A stretch of 64,000 bases of DNA from Carcharhinus longimanus (lineage: Eukaryota), in assembly GCA_030264375.1 (NCBI GenBank), contig JASCQW010000032.1, positions 30,241,016-30,305,015 on the forward strand. The letters are read 5' to 3'. The notes under the pieces were generated by a model. It worked only from the letters and a program-made list of their open reading frames with translations. It was not told the origin of the DNA and did no database searches. Shown in pieces: positions 36,616 to 48,884 of the stretch. A program made the position numbers and the translations under genes. Position 1 is the first letter of the stretch; each line of letters starts with the position of its first letter.

Positions 36616-39071
36616 GTACATACCATAGCCATCATATAATTTAAGAAGAAGATGGATACTGAGTTCAATGTCAGAATACTAATGTGAACACCTCTGTTTT
36701 GAATGATGTCAAACTTCTTGAATATTGCAGTTTTACAGAATCAAATGATTGCACAGGTATTCCATCATACTTCAACCTTTCAGAGGTGGGTAAGCTATTG
36801 AGTAGTCAGGATGTGAGTCACTCATCACTGGGTACTGCTCTGTTTTTGTAGTAATAGGGTTAATAGGACTGATTTAGTTAATGAACAGACAGAAAATCCC
36901 TACTGACATTGGAAATTTTTATTAATTTTGTGGCAGGTATGATAATAGATAAGAAAGTGGCAAGAACTGTATTATACACAGCAAATGAGAAGGTGCATGT
37001 ATTTTAAGTGGAGATTTCTAGCTCCAAATTACATTGAGGATGATTTTGTGGTCCTGATGTTGTGGCACCTCATATAACTTGTCATTCCATTCCACATTTA
37101 TTGCTCAATCATATGAAACCCTCACAGCTCTTTCACTACACTTCATTCATATGCACCTTCAGCAGTGCACATTAAAACTGCAATTTACAATTGAATGTAT
37201 TATCACTCAGATTTTTCAAGAACAATTGTACCATGAATGCATCGACTTACTGGCACTTAGGATTACTTACAGATTGGGCATGTGGCAGACATCAGTACCA
37301 TGTTTTAGATGATATAGCAGATAAGGACATTGAATACTTTAATCTGTTTTTCCACCCTGAACAGCATGGCAATGTGCTGATTGCTGAATCAGTCACTAGA
37401 TACCCAGTGAGCTGTATATTGGCTGGTATTGCAGTGATAGAAATGAGTTACTGGCAGAAAGGTTCTGTGCAGCAGTGACCTTGCTACCCACAGGTGCTGT
37501 CATTTCTGTGTTGGCTACTGTTGTCCTTGCTGAACAAATTCCTGCTGACCATTGCCAACTTGGGACTTGATTCATGATAAGTGGGAATATTGTGGCTTGC
37601 AGAAATGATTGGATCTTTTCTCCCTGGCATGCTTACTTTCATGTCCTCTAATATACCAAATTGGAAATGCCTTCAAAACTTACTTTACGGAGTGGAATAA
37701 ACATTGGGTTAAAATAATTTTAAATGACAAAATATGCAATAAAGTGTGCTTAAAATAGAACTTAAAAGGCAAAGTGAACGTTAAAAAAATGGAATGCCTG
37801 TCCCATTTGAAGAGTGTTTTTACCCACGTCACACATCACTTGCTTGCATTCCAAATGGACCCATTAGGTAAAATGTGGAGACAGAGAACAACTCCTGTAG
37901 AATTGTCATCCATACTTGTTTCAATATCTTTGTATGAAATCTGGTTGTCTAAGGCCAGCAAAGGGCACAAGGGAGGTTAATCTTAATTAAAGTGATGCTG
38001 TAAGTGAAATCAAATTAACAGCTCATTATACAAAAGGCCAAATTATCACACTCTGTGTATCCTTTGATGGTTACACACCATGCCTAATTTTCTTGATGAC
38101 CTCAATGGAAAGGAAAATTGAGTGAGGTATAATCACCTAAAGGCAAAATTATCCCTACCAATCTAATGCACAAATACAGCTGACCACATAATTAATACTT
38201 AGTTGAAACTTACTGCAGGACCTGTATTCTCAATCTTGTAATTATCCATGCATCACTGTCCAAAGTGAACAAAGACCACATATAATCTAATTGACCTTTT
38301 TGTTTCAATGCCCACTACTCTTACATTCAGAGGCAAAATAAACACCTTAGTAACAGTGCACATTATGGAACAGATGATTAGAAACAATTTGCTGCATCTC
38401 AGAGGAAAATAGTTACGTTATTCAGAAAGAGGGACTTGAGGTATAAGGACTGCAGTAATTTGTCTATCATATGTCATCATAAAAAGGAGATGCTTGTCAG
38501 CAGTGATGTATATGGGGTTTTGCTGGGTAACCAATTGGTTTCATTAGCAGTCTTTTTAATGCACTTTTTTGGATATTACACCTGTGTCCCTGTATCTTAT
38601 ACACAAAATACATAAGCGACTGATGTAGCACAATGTTTCAGGTGAGCAGTGGTCAGCCTCCAATACTACATTGATATTGAAGAATGGTATGGTTAATTTA
38701 TATGAATGATTGTTTGCATGACAGTCTCCACTGAGGATGTGACAACTCCTCTGTTATGATCTGGTTACTAGTAGAACATCTCCCACTACTGCTATGAAGC
38801 TATGTGGTCCAAAAGATGGAATCATGTTGGTTTGTACAGGGCTAGACGATGGCAGCTTAATATTACTTGGCCAACAGTTAAGAGCAACAGCAAGGTTGGG
38901 ATTTTGTCACTTCATAAATATCCTTTTTTCTGCCATAGCCCAAACTGCATGCAATGAGACAATACTCTCCAGCAATGGTGTACAGGGTATTTGCAAAAAC
39001 AGATAGTTGGTTTTGTATCAGTAACATGATGCTGTGTGTCATCATACTGCACAAGTATAAGCAAGTAAAAA

Positions 39072-39283
39072 TCCTTTTGGTTCACTAATGTCCTTTAAGG
39101 AAGGAAATCTGCCATTGTCACTTGGTCTGGCCAACATGTGACTCCAGAGCCATAGCAAATGTTGTTGACTCTCAACTGCCCTCTGAAATGGCTGAGAAAG
39201 TCACTCAGTTGAAGGGAAATTAGGGATGGGCAATAAATTCTGGCCAGCCAGTTACACCCCTGTCCTATGAATGAATAAAAAAA
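39072..39283 (+). mobile_element. 5'-truncated SINE / bipartite non-autonomous retroelement (MetaSINE-like body plus LINE tail)
   Basis: GGTTCACTAATGTCCTTTAAGGAAGGAAATCTGCC..GTCACTCAGTT joined directly to the LINE tail AGGGAAATTAGGGATGGGCAATAAA..(GAAT)2 and A-run. Confidence 0.8.
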
Positions 39284-41049
39284 GAGTGACAGTAGGTAAA
39301 GCCATTGAAAACAGCGACTGCAAACCTCTGGCACTAATACAGTTTCATCAGGGTTAACGGAGATACAAATGGTAGCCTTTCTCTAGATCATATAGGTGGC
39401 AAATTAGACGTGTATCCCAGCAAATATATTCACCTTGGCTGATCAAATACCTGGAAGTCGCATGCAGCATACAGAGAAATTTAAGACATACAATCAGGAA
39501 AATTGCTAGCAAAATGCATTAAACATATTAACCACAACTGCTATAAATCTGAATAAGAAATTGTTTTTTATAAAATTCTGCAGGTTGCAATCCTTTCAAG
39601 ACACAGAAAGGATTAGGTAGTGGCTTGTTGTCTCTTCAGAATCCATTTTATGCTTTTGAAAAAAGTAAACTGTAGTAAGACAAAACTAATATGGAGAATA
39701 GAATTCTTCACTGTTGGTAGTTTGCCTGTTTTGATTTTTGGAGATGCCAATTTAGAGTGTTGGAGCTCCTGCCAGAACCAGGTCAGGCGGGGCCTAATGA
39801 ATAAATGTAAATTAGGATCAAATAGCTTAGCCAGGATGCCTAATGCCAGTTTTGTCTTTGCCTACATTGCTACCATCGGTTCTTCATCTCAGCCAGAAAC
39901 CCTGGATAATAAAGGTCATGAATCATCTATTTGCAACAGCATTTAAAGTGATCCTTAGTTGCTTTCAAGTAAAATGAGGAGACCGTTTGATTATTTAATA
40001 TGACAGTTGTGGCTATTCAGACAACTTCAGAATGTTTTTTGGGGCTGTAGAATGTATTGAACTCAATATCTTCTTGCAATTCATTATTCTCCTCTTGGGA
40101 TTCCTTCTGGAAATTCCACTCTGGTTGGAGAAGTAATAGTAAGAGGGACAATAGGACAAAACAGCAAACCGGGCTGTAGATGTAGGGAGAACAAACAGGA
40201 AGTGTGTTTGTAGGAAACTTTACCCTTCCAAAAACAACAGCAGAGCTTATAGCCAGGAGAACGTATTTGTCATTGTGCATAAAGAGACTGCCAGGGCATT
40301 GTGTTACTTCCTTTAGCAACATCTGCAAACCACTGCCTCAGCATTCCCTGTGCAACAAGGTCACTGCAACCTTCATCCTTTTAGATTTCCACTGGAAATC
40401 TCCTTCCAAGCTGTCATAGGATATGTGAGTAAATCTGTCACTTTGCAGTTCATGCTTCCATTAAGGAGATGAAAAATGCAATGCTTGATACAGCAAACAA
40501 TTCCATCACTTTTCCCATGGAGATCCAGAAGCAGCAGTATTGGGACTGGGATTTGTACAAATTGCAGGCTTCCCTCTAAGGCATTGACAGCACTAATATC
40601 TGCCTGTAAATGCTTTAGAAAACCCAATCCCTTCATGAATCACCAGATTTCCATTTTGGTATAGGTCATTAAGCACTCTGTGCCTGCTTTCTAGCTATTA
40701 TGATGCTTTTATTTTGTGATATTCCTCCATTCCTTTNNNNNNNNNNNNNNNNNNNNNNNNNNNNNNNNNNNNNNNNNNNNNNNNNNNNNNNNNNNNNNNN
40801 NNNNNNNNNNNNNNNNNNNNNNNNNNNNNNNNNNNNCTCCATTCCTTTGACTTGCAAAACAAGCAAGAAACTGTCTCACCAGGGCTATCATCTGCACACT
40901 TGGCTCATAAAACCTTACCCATTGCTTGGCGGTAAAACTGCACTAAAATTAGATACATGGTCTAACTAGAATTTTCATTGAGCATTCCATTGAAATTCTC
41001 AACCAACAAATCTTTTGCTTGATGGTTTGCTCATTAGCTTTGCTGTGCA

Positions 41050-41370
41050 ATTCACAACCTCTACCATCTGGAGGACAAAGGAAGCTGGTGCAAGGGACAC
41101 CAGCTCCATGCTTCCCACTGCCGACACACCCCCCCCCCCCCCCCCCCCCCCCCCCAAGTCACACAAAATCCTAACTTGAAACTATATCCACTTACTGTTC
41201 CTTCATTGTTTCTGTGTTAAAATCCTGGAACTCCATCCCCTAACAGCGGTGTGGTAGTACATACATCACATGAACTGTAATGGTTTAGAAAAGGGACTCT
41301 TCACTGTCTTCTCAGGGGCAACTACAGATGGACAATAAATGCTGAACTTACCAGTGATACCCAAATTCTG
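41050..41370 (+). mobile_element. CR1/L2-group LINE 3' end with an internal 27-nt poly-C
   Basis: AAAATCCTGGAACTCC..CTTCTCAGGGGCAAC..CAATAAATGCTG tail; C-run at 41129-41155. Confidence 0.8.
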
Positions 41371-42526
41371 GAGCTAACATTGAGTGAGGACCTTCAATGT
41401 GATGAGAAATTGGATATAGTGACATAAAGGACAGCAAAGAGATGGGAAGATTGCAGCACTTTCTCACAGTAAGAGTTTGTCAGCAAAAACTCATAAACAA
41501 ACTGTTCAGCTAAACACTCTCTGCCTCCCTGTATTAACAGTTTTGTCCAATTTCTCTCCAGGTTCTCTTAAAGACTAACATTGAACCTCATGTCAACCTA
41601 ATAATGCAGGGTCACCTGCAGCAATATTTTCTGTATACATAGATTTCAATAAGGATTATAAGTTTATAGCTTCATTCAACTGTCAAAAAGGTTTTACCCT
41701 AGTTTAATGCTCTATGAGGTGCTCTGTCCATGGTTGCACCATCGAAATTAGAAGGCTGCTGCAACTTAGCAATATACTGTTAAAGTGCTTGTGGGCATTG
41801 AGACAAGAGGACCTGGTTATGCTATAAGTCAGAGCAACTCAGTTACTGTTGGAGCAGTCAAGTCTAATTGGGTTCTCAAACCATGTGCATTGGTTCACGA
41901 TGGGGCGAGGTCCAAATGTGCTGTCAAATGATAGATAGCAACCTTTCCCTCCCTCGTGCATAACTCACCCTACTATAGAGCAGTGGCTCAGCATTTACAA
42001 TGATCTGCAGTGCAACAGACTGTAAGTTTTCTTGATGTAACTAAAGTTCATTTTCCTTCCGTTCCACAGCTTGCCCAAGGTGAAGGAGATAGTTGAACCC
42101 AGACTTTGCATGGTCACAATATGAACGTGCTTGAGAGATGGTATAAATGATGTCACTGACTCCTGCAGGATCACTGAGGTGACCACATGTTCCATGGTTG
42201 ACTGGAGTGTTGTTGCCTTGTGCAGAACAAAACACAAATTGTATTTGGAAACCTGCCTGCAGGCAGTCTGATATACGGAGCAATTGCTACTTCATAGAAC
42301 ATATCTTTTTTTAAAGAATTAGGACACTGAAGTCTGCATATCTGTTGTCTCTAGCAGAGCTAGGATATGAGCTTACATGGGCTGTTTCCAGAACCTGTTC
42401 TGCTTACTTGAGTTTATTCAGTTAAACCAGGTTGGTTGCTGCTTTCAATGCTGTTGCGTGGAAGCAAAGTGTGAAAGTGCCTATTCTCTCCCTCAGTTTG
42501 TGCTTCCAAATGGCAAAAATGTGCTT

Positions 42527-42629
42527 TAAAGGCGAAAAGCTGCAGCATGCTGTGGTGCAGAGGGACCTGGGGGTCCTTGTGCATGAGTCGCAAAAACCCA
42601 GTCTGCAGGTGCAGCAGGTGATCAAGAAG
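42527..42629 (+). mobile_element. Young CR1 fragment next to a gap
   Basis: GEKLQHAVVQRDLGVLVHESQKPSLQVQQVIKK, nearly identical to 34336-34412. Confidence 0.9.
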
Positions 42630-42789
42630 NNNNNNNNNNNNNNNNNNNNNNNNNNNNNNNNNNNNNNNNNNNNNNNNNNNNNNNNNNNNNNNNNNNNNNN
42701 NNNNNNNNNNNNNNNNNNNNNNNNNNNNNNNNNNNNNNNNNNNNNNNNNNNNNNNNNNNNNNNNNNNNNNNNNNNNNNNNNNNACTGCA

Positions 42790-43150
42790 TTTTGGATGTT
42801 GTTATTGTTTCTGCCTGTACCACCCGACCCAATTATCCAAAAATTCATCAGATGGCCCACATATACTTTCAAGAACTTTTGTTTGTGTCCTCTGGATTTT
42901 ACTTTCAAGTTATATTCTTCATTTATAACATCTAACAAATCACAAACAAATATCTCCTTCACTGTCTTTTTTTATGAATTGGTAAATTCAAATCTTCACA
43001 CATAGTTCCTCCCTACTGCACTTGTTCTTCTTTCTTTTCTCTCTAGTGTCAATAAGACCAGTCTACGTTTTAGCAGGTGTGGTGACTAGAATTGAACGTG
43101 GTGCTCAGTGTAGTTTGATCAGGTCATTGGAAAGCCTCATCATAATCTCT
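42790..43150 (-). mobile_element. Old CR1 3' remnant
   Basis: GGTGACTAGAATTGAAC reads VQF*SP on minus; ORF 42414-42962 carries SRGH-like residues. Confidence 0.55.
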
Positions 43151-45820
43151 GAAGGAAAATACTGAAAACAAAAAATACCTGATTTCCCGGAAACTCCACC
43201 AGCATCTGAATAGCAAAAAAGACAGCTGTATCTGTGTGTTAATCCATTTTTTTTCTTTTGAGTTAGTTGATATCCAACATTTTCAATTTAATTTTCATTG
43301 TACTCGACTGTTCAGGCTATATATATAAAAAGAAAACGCATCAGTCCAATCAAAGTGCCACTCACTTTCTTGTTTAACACAATGCAAGACTGTTTCCCTC
43401 AATGGAGCTTACCAATCCTTCCCAAAGAAAGCATGACAGAAGATTTAGATGTATTAAGAAATTTAAATAATATTACCATTTATTTTCCAAGGGTTGCATG
43501 AGTTATAAGATGAATTCTTGCAATTTTACTGGTTTAAAATTATCTTCAACACCTAGAAAATGTTTGTTTTTACAAATGAATAATTCCTGACTTTAAATCC
43601 TGCCAACAGCTTAGTAAAAATATATTTTGCAAAAGACAGCTTTCTATTCCAAGAAAACTATGAACAAACAAATGTGATTTTATGCACTGGCCCAATAACC
43701 ATTAAATGATTTCAAAAATATATATGTTACGTTACTGGAAAGGTGGTATATATTAAATGGTGCAAGAGTATTTCAGTTGTTTTAAGGGTTAAAACATACA
43801 ATAGATCTTGATAAATTATTTTCAGTGACATTGAAATAGTACTGCCGTAAAGAAAATGGAGCTGTAAGAATACATTGTGATTGTCCTCTTGACTATAAAT
43901 CTTTGAACTTTTCCCAGTCTATTATTCAAAGAACAGAAGCAACAGTTAGAAAACTAAGTAACACTATTTTCTAACTGAGTATATTCTCGTATCTAAAAAT
44001 GGTATATCAATATAGTTTCCCTCATGTTCAATGTACTTTTTAACAGATTTGAGAATTATGTAATTGTTACCTAGCATGGGAAAATTGAGCAAACTCAAGC
44101 ATTTTTCTGGTTTTATTTTAGTCATAGATTGAAGGACCAATAGTTAAGGAAATGGGGCAAGCTGACAGCCCATAATTATGAGCTGGAGCAGCAGGTGTTC
44201 TGGTTTCAATAAGCTGCATGGAAGGGTGACAATGGCAGGCCAGAGAAAAGCAAACAGAGTGCTATTATGAGACTGTGGTCAGTGATGTGCATCAGGGAGA
44301 CACAGTGGCGGAAGCTGAGCAGCTGCTACTCGCCTTAACAAGCTGAAACAGGAGCCTGCACAGCGAAATTTAAACACCCATGCAGAGGCCATGCCAGCAG
44401 GACAGCTTGGAATGCTTCTACTAAGACATTGAGCAGCTCACCTGTTAATGCAAACATCTGCAAGAAAGAGTTACCATGTTCTTTAAAAACAAAAACCATC
44501 CACATTTTGTCTAAATTGCTACTGATCCTGCTACACCATTAAAAGGAATGGTGCAACAGTTTCTAGAATAGCTGTACTTAACACAAAATACTACTGAATG
44601 GCCATGACATCACGCAAGAAAGGAACATTTTCACATAACATTATTTGTTTGTGATATTTTCCAAACATAACTCATACTATGATGTCAGTGACTAAAGAAA
44701 ATGTGTAAATAAAAGGAAACATGGGGGGAGGGGCACATTTACTTAACACCTGGAAATAGTCAGTGCCTACCCAGCTGGTTGTTAGCTAGTCCCACATTCC
44801 TAAGTTTACAATTACTGCTAGCGTTCTATGCCTTCATTAAAATAGGACCATTGACAGATACTTGCAGATGGCTGGAGGACTTTTTAACAAGGTTCAAGCA
44901 AACAAAACTTTACAAAGCCTTTACATCTTCCTGGAATTTTGGGCCTCTATCTGAATTTCTGACTTGTGTTTCGGTGCTTTTAAAACTGCTGATATATTTA
45001 ATAGAACAAAGATTTAATGTAATCCAATCAAATCCATTTAATTATGAGAAATATAAAGAGAAGGTATATAAAGGGCTAATTTTATTTGGATTTAAGCATG
45101 TTACTTGGGACTTTAGTTTTCAGGCTTAAGTACTTAGGACAAATGAAAGCAGTGTTAAGTTTAGATACCCAGTTGTTACCTGTGGCAATTGACTATGTTG
45201 TATTAAACTAATGTTAACATTTAATCATTATTAGATTAAAAAAATGAACAAAAACATACATCTTGTAAAACTCAGTGAATCAATAGCTTCCTTGATGAAA
45301 CCATGAACACTATAGAGGTTTTTATGGTTGTTGAATCTTTGTGAACACCACTTCTGCATTCCTAGAGTGCAGGGTTGCTGTTTATCTGTCAAAGAATGTT
45401 ACCACTTTTCCATATTTTGCTTTTACTTTTTCTGTATTCTGCTTTAAGTACTTTTAGATTTATTATTTTGACTGCTGTTGGAATAGATTTTATATATACC
45501 ACGAAATAGAGCATGAAGTAAACGTCACCACTGAAACTTCTTCAGCTTTTGAAAATTCTATTTTTCAGAAATGTTATTGTTTATTTTAACACCATTGTGT
45601 TTTTGATTAAACATTGCAACATAATATATTTTTTGATTCAAACATGTTTGAAAAAGGTGATTTGATGTCACAGCAACATGGTGTTACATGGAGGGGTGTT
45701 CCCCATACCATGGTGTTGGAAGACTTGAATTCCTGATTTCAGCTGAGCTGCCTAAGCTCGATGCAGTCATAGTTTAGGTTGCTTCCTACGTTTCCTATTG
45801 GCAGAATCCTGAGACAGAAG

Positions 45821-46443
45821 GGGCAGGGATTTTGCCCTGACATGGGGGCAAGAACAGAGGCTGGTGGGCACATAATTTCATGCTCATAGCTGGCACGCTG
45901 GTTTACTGCTACCTCTATGCCCCCACAAGCTGTTTGGCTGGAGGCCAATTTAAAGACAGAACAGCTACCCACTCGCAAGTGTCGAATAGTTAGGATAATT
46001 TAAAAACCAATCATGTCAATCATCAGAGCTTGGCTGGAATTTTCAAGTAAATTTGTTGGCACCCCTAGTGACGGGAGCACAGCAGCTGTCAGCAGATGAG
46101 CTCCAAACAGCAGATTGGAGAGCTGGTATTCCAGAGTGCCTTTGATTGCCTCCCACTCCACCTACCTGGCCTTGGCCCAAAAGTGCTCGGCAGCTGTGGC
46201 CAATTTTTATTTCCAATATCTTAGAGTTGCTGAGGGGACTCCTCTCCCTTATCTGTAAGCAAGGCCCTCCAGTTTTGAGAACCTGTCTGTCATTCTTCAT
46301 TGGATGGCAAGGGTGCCCTCTGGCTACTATTTGACCAATTCACGTAAAATCATTATTGGGTGGCTATTCCCGATGCAGTATGGGGTTGGGACCTCCACTT
46401 AACTTCATGTTGGGGCCCCAACCCAAAACACAAATTTGTGCCC
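45821..46443. mobile_element. Non-autonomous Harbinger/PHIS-like DNA element, 3-bp TSD AAG
   Basis: Ends GGGCAGGGATTTTG / CAAATTTGTGCCC with AAG at 45818-45820 and 46444-46446. Confidence 0.7.
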
Positions 46444-46774
46444 AAGGGTTGCTTAGTTGTTGTCTCACTTGTGCAAGGATACATCTCACAGGAATGCCTA
46501 AACCTACTTTGTGTGATCTGAGAACATTTCAATTCTAATAGTCAAAGCCTTTTTTATCTGGTAAGTTTTTGGAACAATCTTGCACAAAGAAAACTTAGAA
46601 AAATTATAACTATTATAAACATAAAAACAAATAATTCAGTTAATAATTGCAATTAAGTTGGACCTTTCCATGTTCACATTCAATTGCTCCACTTGGTGGG
46701 TGTTGTCAGGCTGTTTGTCTGACTTCCAATCTAGGATTTATGTACTTCATTTAACATTGCAAAAGAATTAAGAA

Positions 46775-47203
46775 CTCTGCTGTTCATATCCTAACTTGCA
46801 CCAATTCCCATCAGCGATATGTTCACTGACCCACAATGGCTCATTATCGCCCAAAACTTCAATTTTAAAAATCTCCATGGCCTTGCCCCTTCCTATCTAT
46901 AGCCTGACAAATCTCTGGCAATGTTGCATCCGTCCAACTCTGGCAATGTGCACTTCCTCATATCCTTCACCATACCATTGGCAAATATACTTTCAGTCTC
47001 CTGGACCTGACATGTTCTGTTCCAGGTCCCCTCCAGTTGCTAATTAAATACTACCTCTTGACCAAGCTTTTGGCCATTTATCCAATAAACTCCTTTTTTG
47101 GCTCAATGACAGTTTTTGTCTTATTGAACTCCTGGTAAAAACCTTGGGACATGTCATAATGGAATCTGTTTAAAGGCATTGCATCAATACAAGTAGTTGT
47201 TGT
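46775..47203 (+). mobile_element. L2 LINE 3' end
   Basis: PISDMFTDPQWL..NFK..LHGLAPSYL (L2 ITPxLxxLHWL..LAPxYL) and tail AAAGGCATTGCATCAATACAAGTAGTTGTTGTT. Confidence 0.75.
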
Positions 47204-47709
47204 TCTGGGAAGATACTGTCAGCATACGATTGATTTTGTGTCCATTTTGGACTCAAGTTAATAACCATTCCCTTGAACTTGGGCTTGACACACTGGCATT
47301 AGATTGAGCCATATTAGGTGAAAATCTATTTATATTTTGATTATTCGTTTTCTCTTCTCAGCTCAAAGGCAGGTCTGAGACAGCACTACAATCTCAGCCA
47401 TGGGTAGGATAAAGAGAAAGGTCCCACAAATACTCTAGCTGAATCAGGAATTGGCACCAATCTGATCTTCACTAGCTGCTCAGCCGACTAAGCCACCAGT
47501 CTCTCTGGTAGATTAACTTGCTCTGGCAACATGCATGTTAACGTCCAGAGCTGTGAATAGTAATAGTTGAGGCACCAATTTTCTTTCCATTGCATGGTTA
47601 ACCAGGAATCTCTCCCTCTCTAATAGCATACTATTGGCATATGTNNNNNNNNATTGCAGACTAAAACTCTAACTGCTTGACCATGTTATGAACGTTCCTT
47701 GCTTGATGA

Positions 47710-47782
47710 TTAAGTCCTGGATTGGGACTTGAGTCTGGAGCTTCTGGCTCAGAGGCAAGTACGCTACCCTCTGTGCCATGAG
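47710..47782 (-). mobile_element. DeuSINE-like tRNA head fragment
   Basis: GGGACTTGAG..TTCTGGCTCAGAGGCAAG..GCTACC matches 60730-60790. Confidence 0.55.
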
Positions 47783-48884
47783 ATCTCCTCTCATTTGAAA
47801 TGCTAAGTCTAAATTCCTGAGTTGAATTATAACAGATGTAGGATCAAGTCATTTTTATTTTGGGTGTTAGTGTAAAATGGGAGATTTTGGTTCAGCTGTC
47901 TGCTATCTGGTCTCACTCGTCATAAATTTGTGTGTAACCAGAAGGATGGTTGATAGCTTCCATTTTGTACCATTATCCAAAGTCCAAATTACCACCCCAC
48001 CGTGCAACCTCTACCCAGTTTCAGACATTACTTTTCCTACAGATCATGTCACTTTGAGTAATTTCTCATGAAATAAGCTCTATGGTAACAAGCAAACATA
48101 TAATCAACTTAAAATAATATTATTCCAAGCCAGTGAAAAGGTCAAATCACTGGGTGACGACTATTGAAGCTCTCCCGAGACAGTAAGATTGTATATCACA
48201 GCACGTACATGAAGAGATGAGCCAGAGTACACATACTTCCACAAGCTGTAGAATTATTTAGAGTAACTTGCATAATTCTTTGACATTGAAATATTAACCA
48301 AAAAAGGTTCCTTTAAAAATAGTTTAAATTTTCTTGAATAGTCATAATGATCTTATTTTGGAACAAATACTTTAAGAGGGAAAAATTTTAATGGTGAAAA
48401 GAGCAGAAGTCATCTGTATTCCACAGGGGAATATTTAACTGATTAGTACAGATTAATGTGATAATGTTACACATCTGATAAGGAATATCCAGGGTTATCA
48501 AAATTTTAATTTAGCACCTGTCTTAAAGAGACTTACATAGATGTTGTTATAAAACTAGTTTACACTTAATCCTAGTTAATTATGGAGGCACAAGTAGGAT
48601 ATTTGAAGGAATATCACATGCTAATGCAGTATTATAGCCAAAAACCAAAAACATTTTAGAGGTAAAATTTCCATAACTTATCCCCTAAAATTATATTCTG
48701 TGGTCATGAAATTGGATCTGTGAATTGAAAGCTATGGTTTATATTCTTGATAAATCACAGTCTTTCTGAGGAAATGGCTCATTTATGAATAAGTTTATGA
48801 ATAAGATCTTGAAATTATACCAAGACATTGGACAGGGGAATATTTGGGAGTACTTTACATTAGGTATGAGGAGACAACATAAAG

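Noticed and set aside
36660-39060. Very old LINE-like fragments around the 37.9-38.2 kb unique block
   Set aside because: There are hints of similarity, but no motif clear enough to assign a family or boundaries
40725-40848. 12-nt direct repeat CTCCATTCCTTT
   Set aside because: It also sits exactly on both sides of a 100-N gap; probably an assembly overlap
41129-41155. 27-nt poly-C run
   Set aside because: Simple homopolymer expansion inside a LINE remnant; its length is unreliable in a draft assembly
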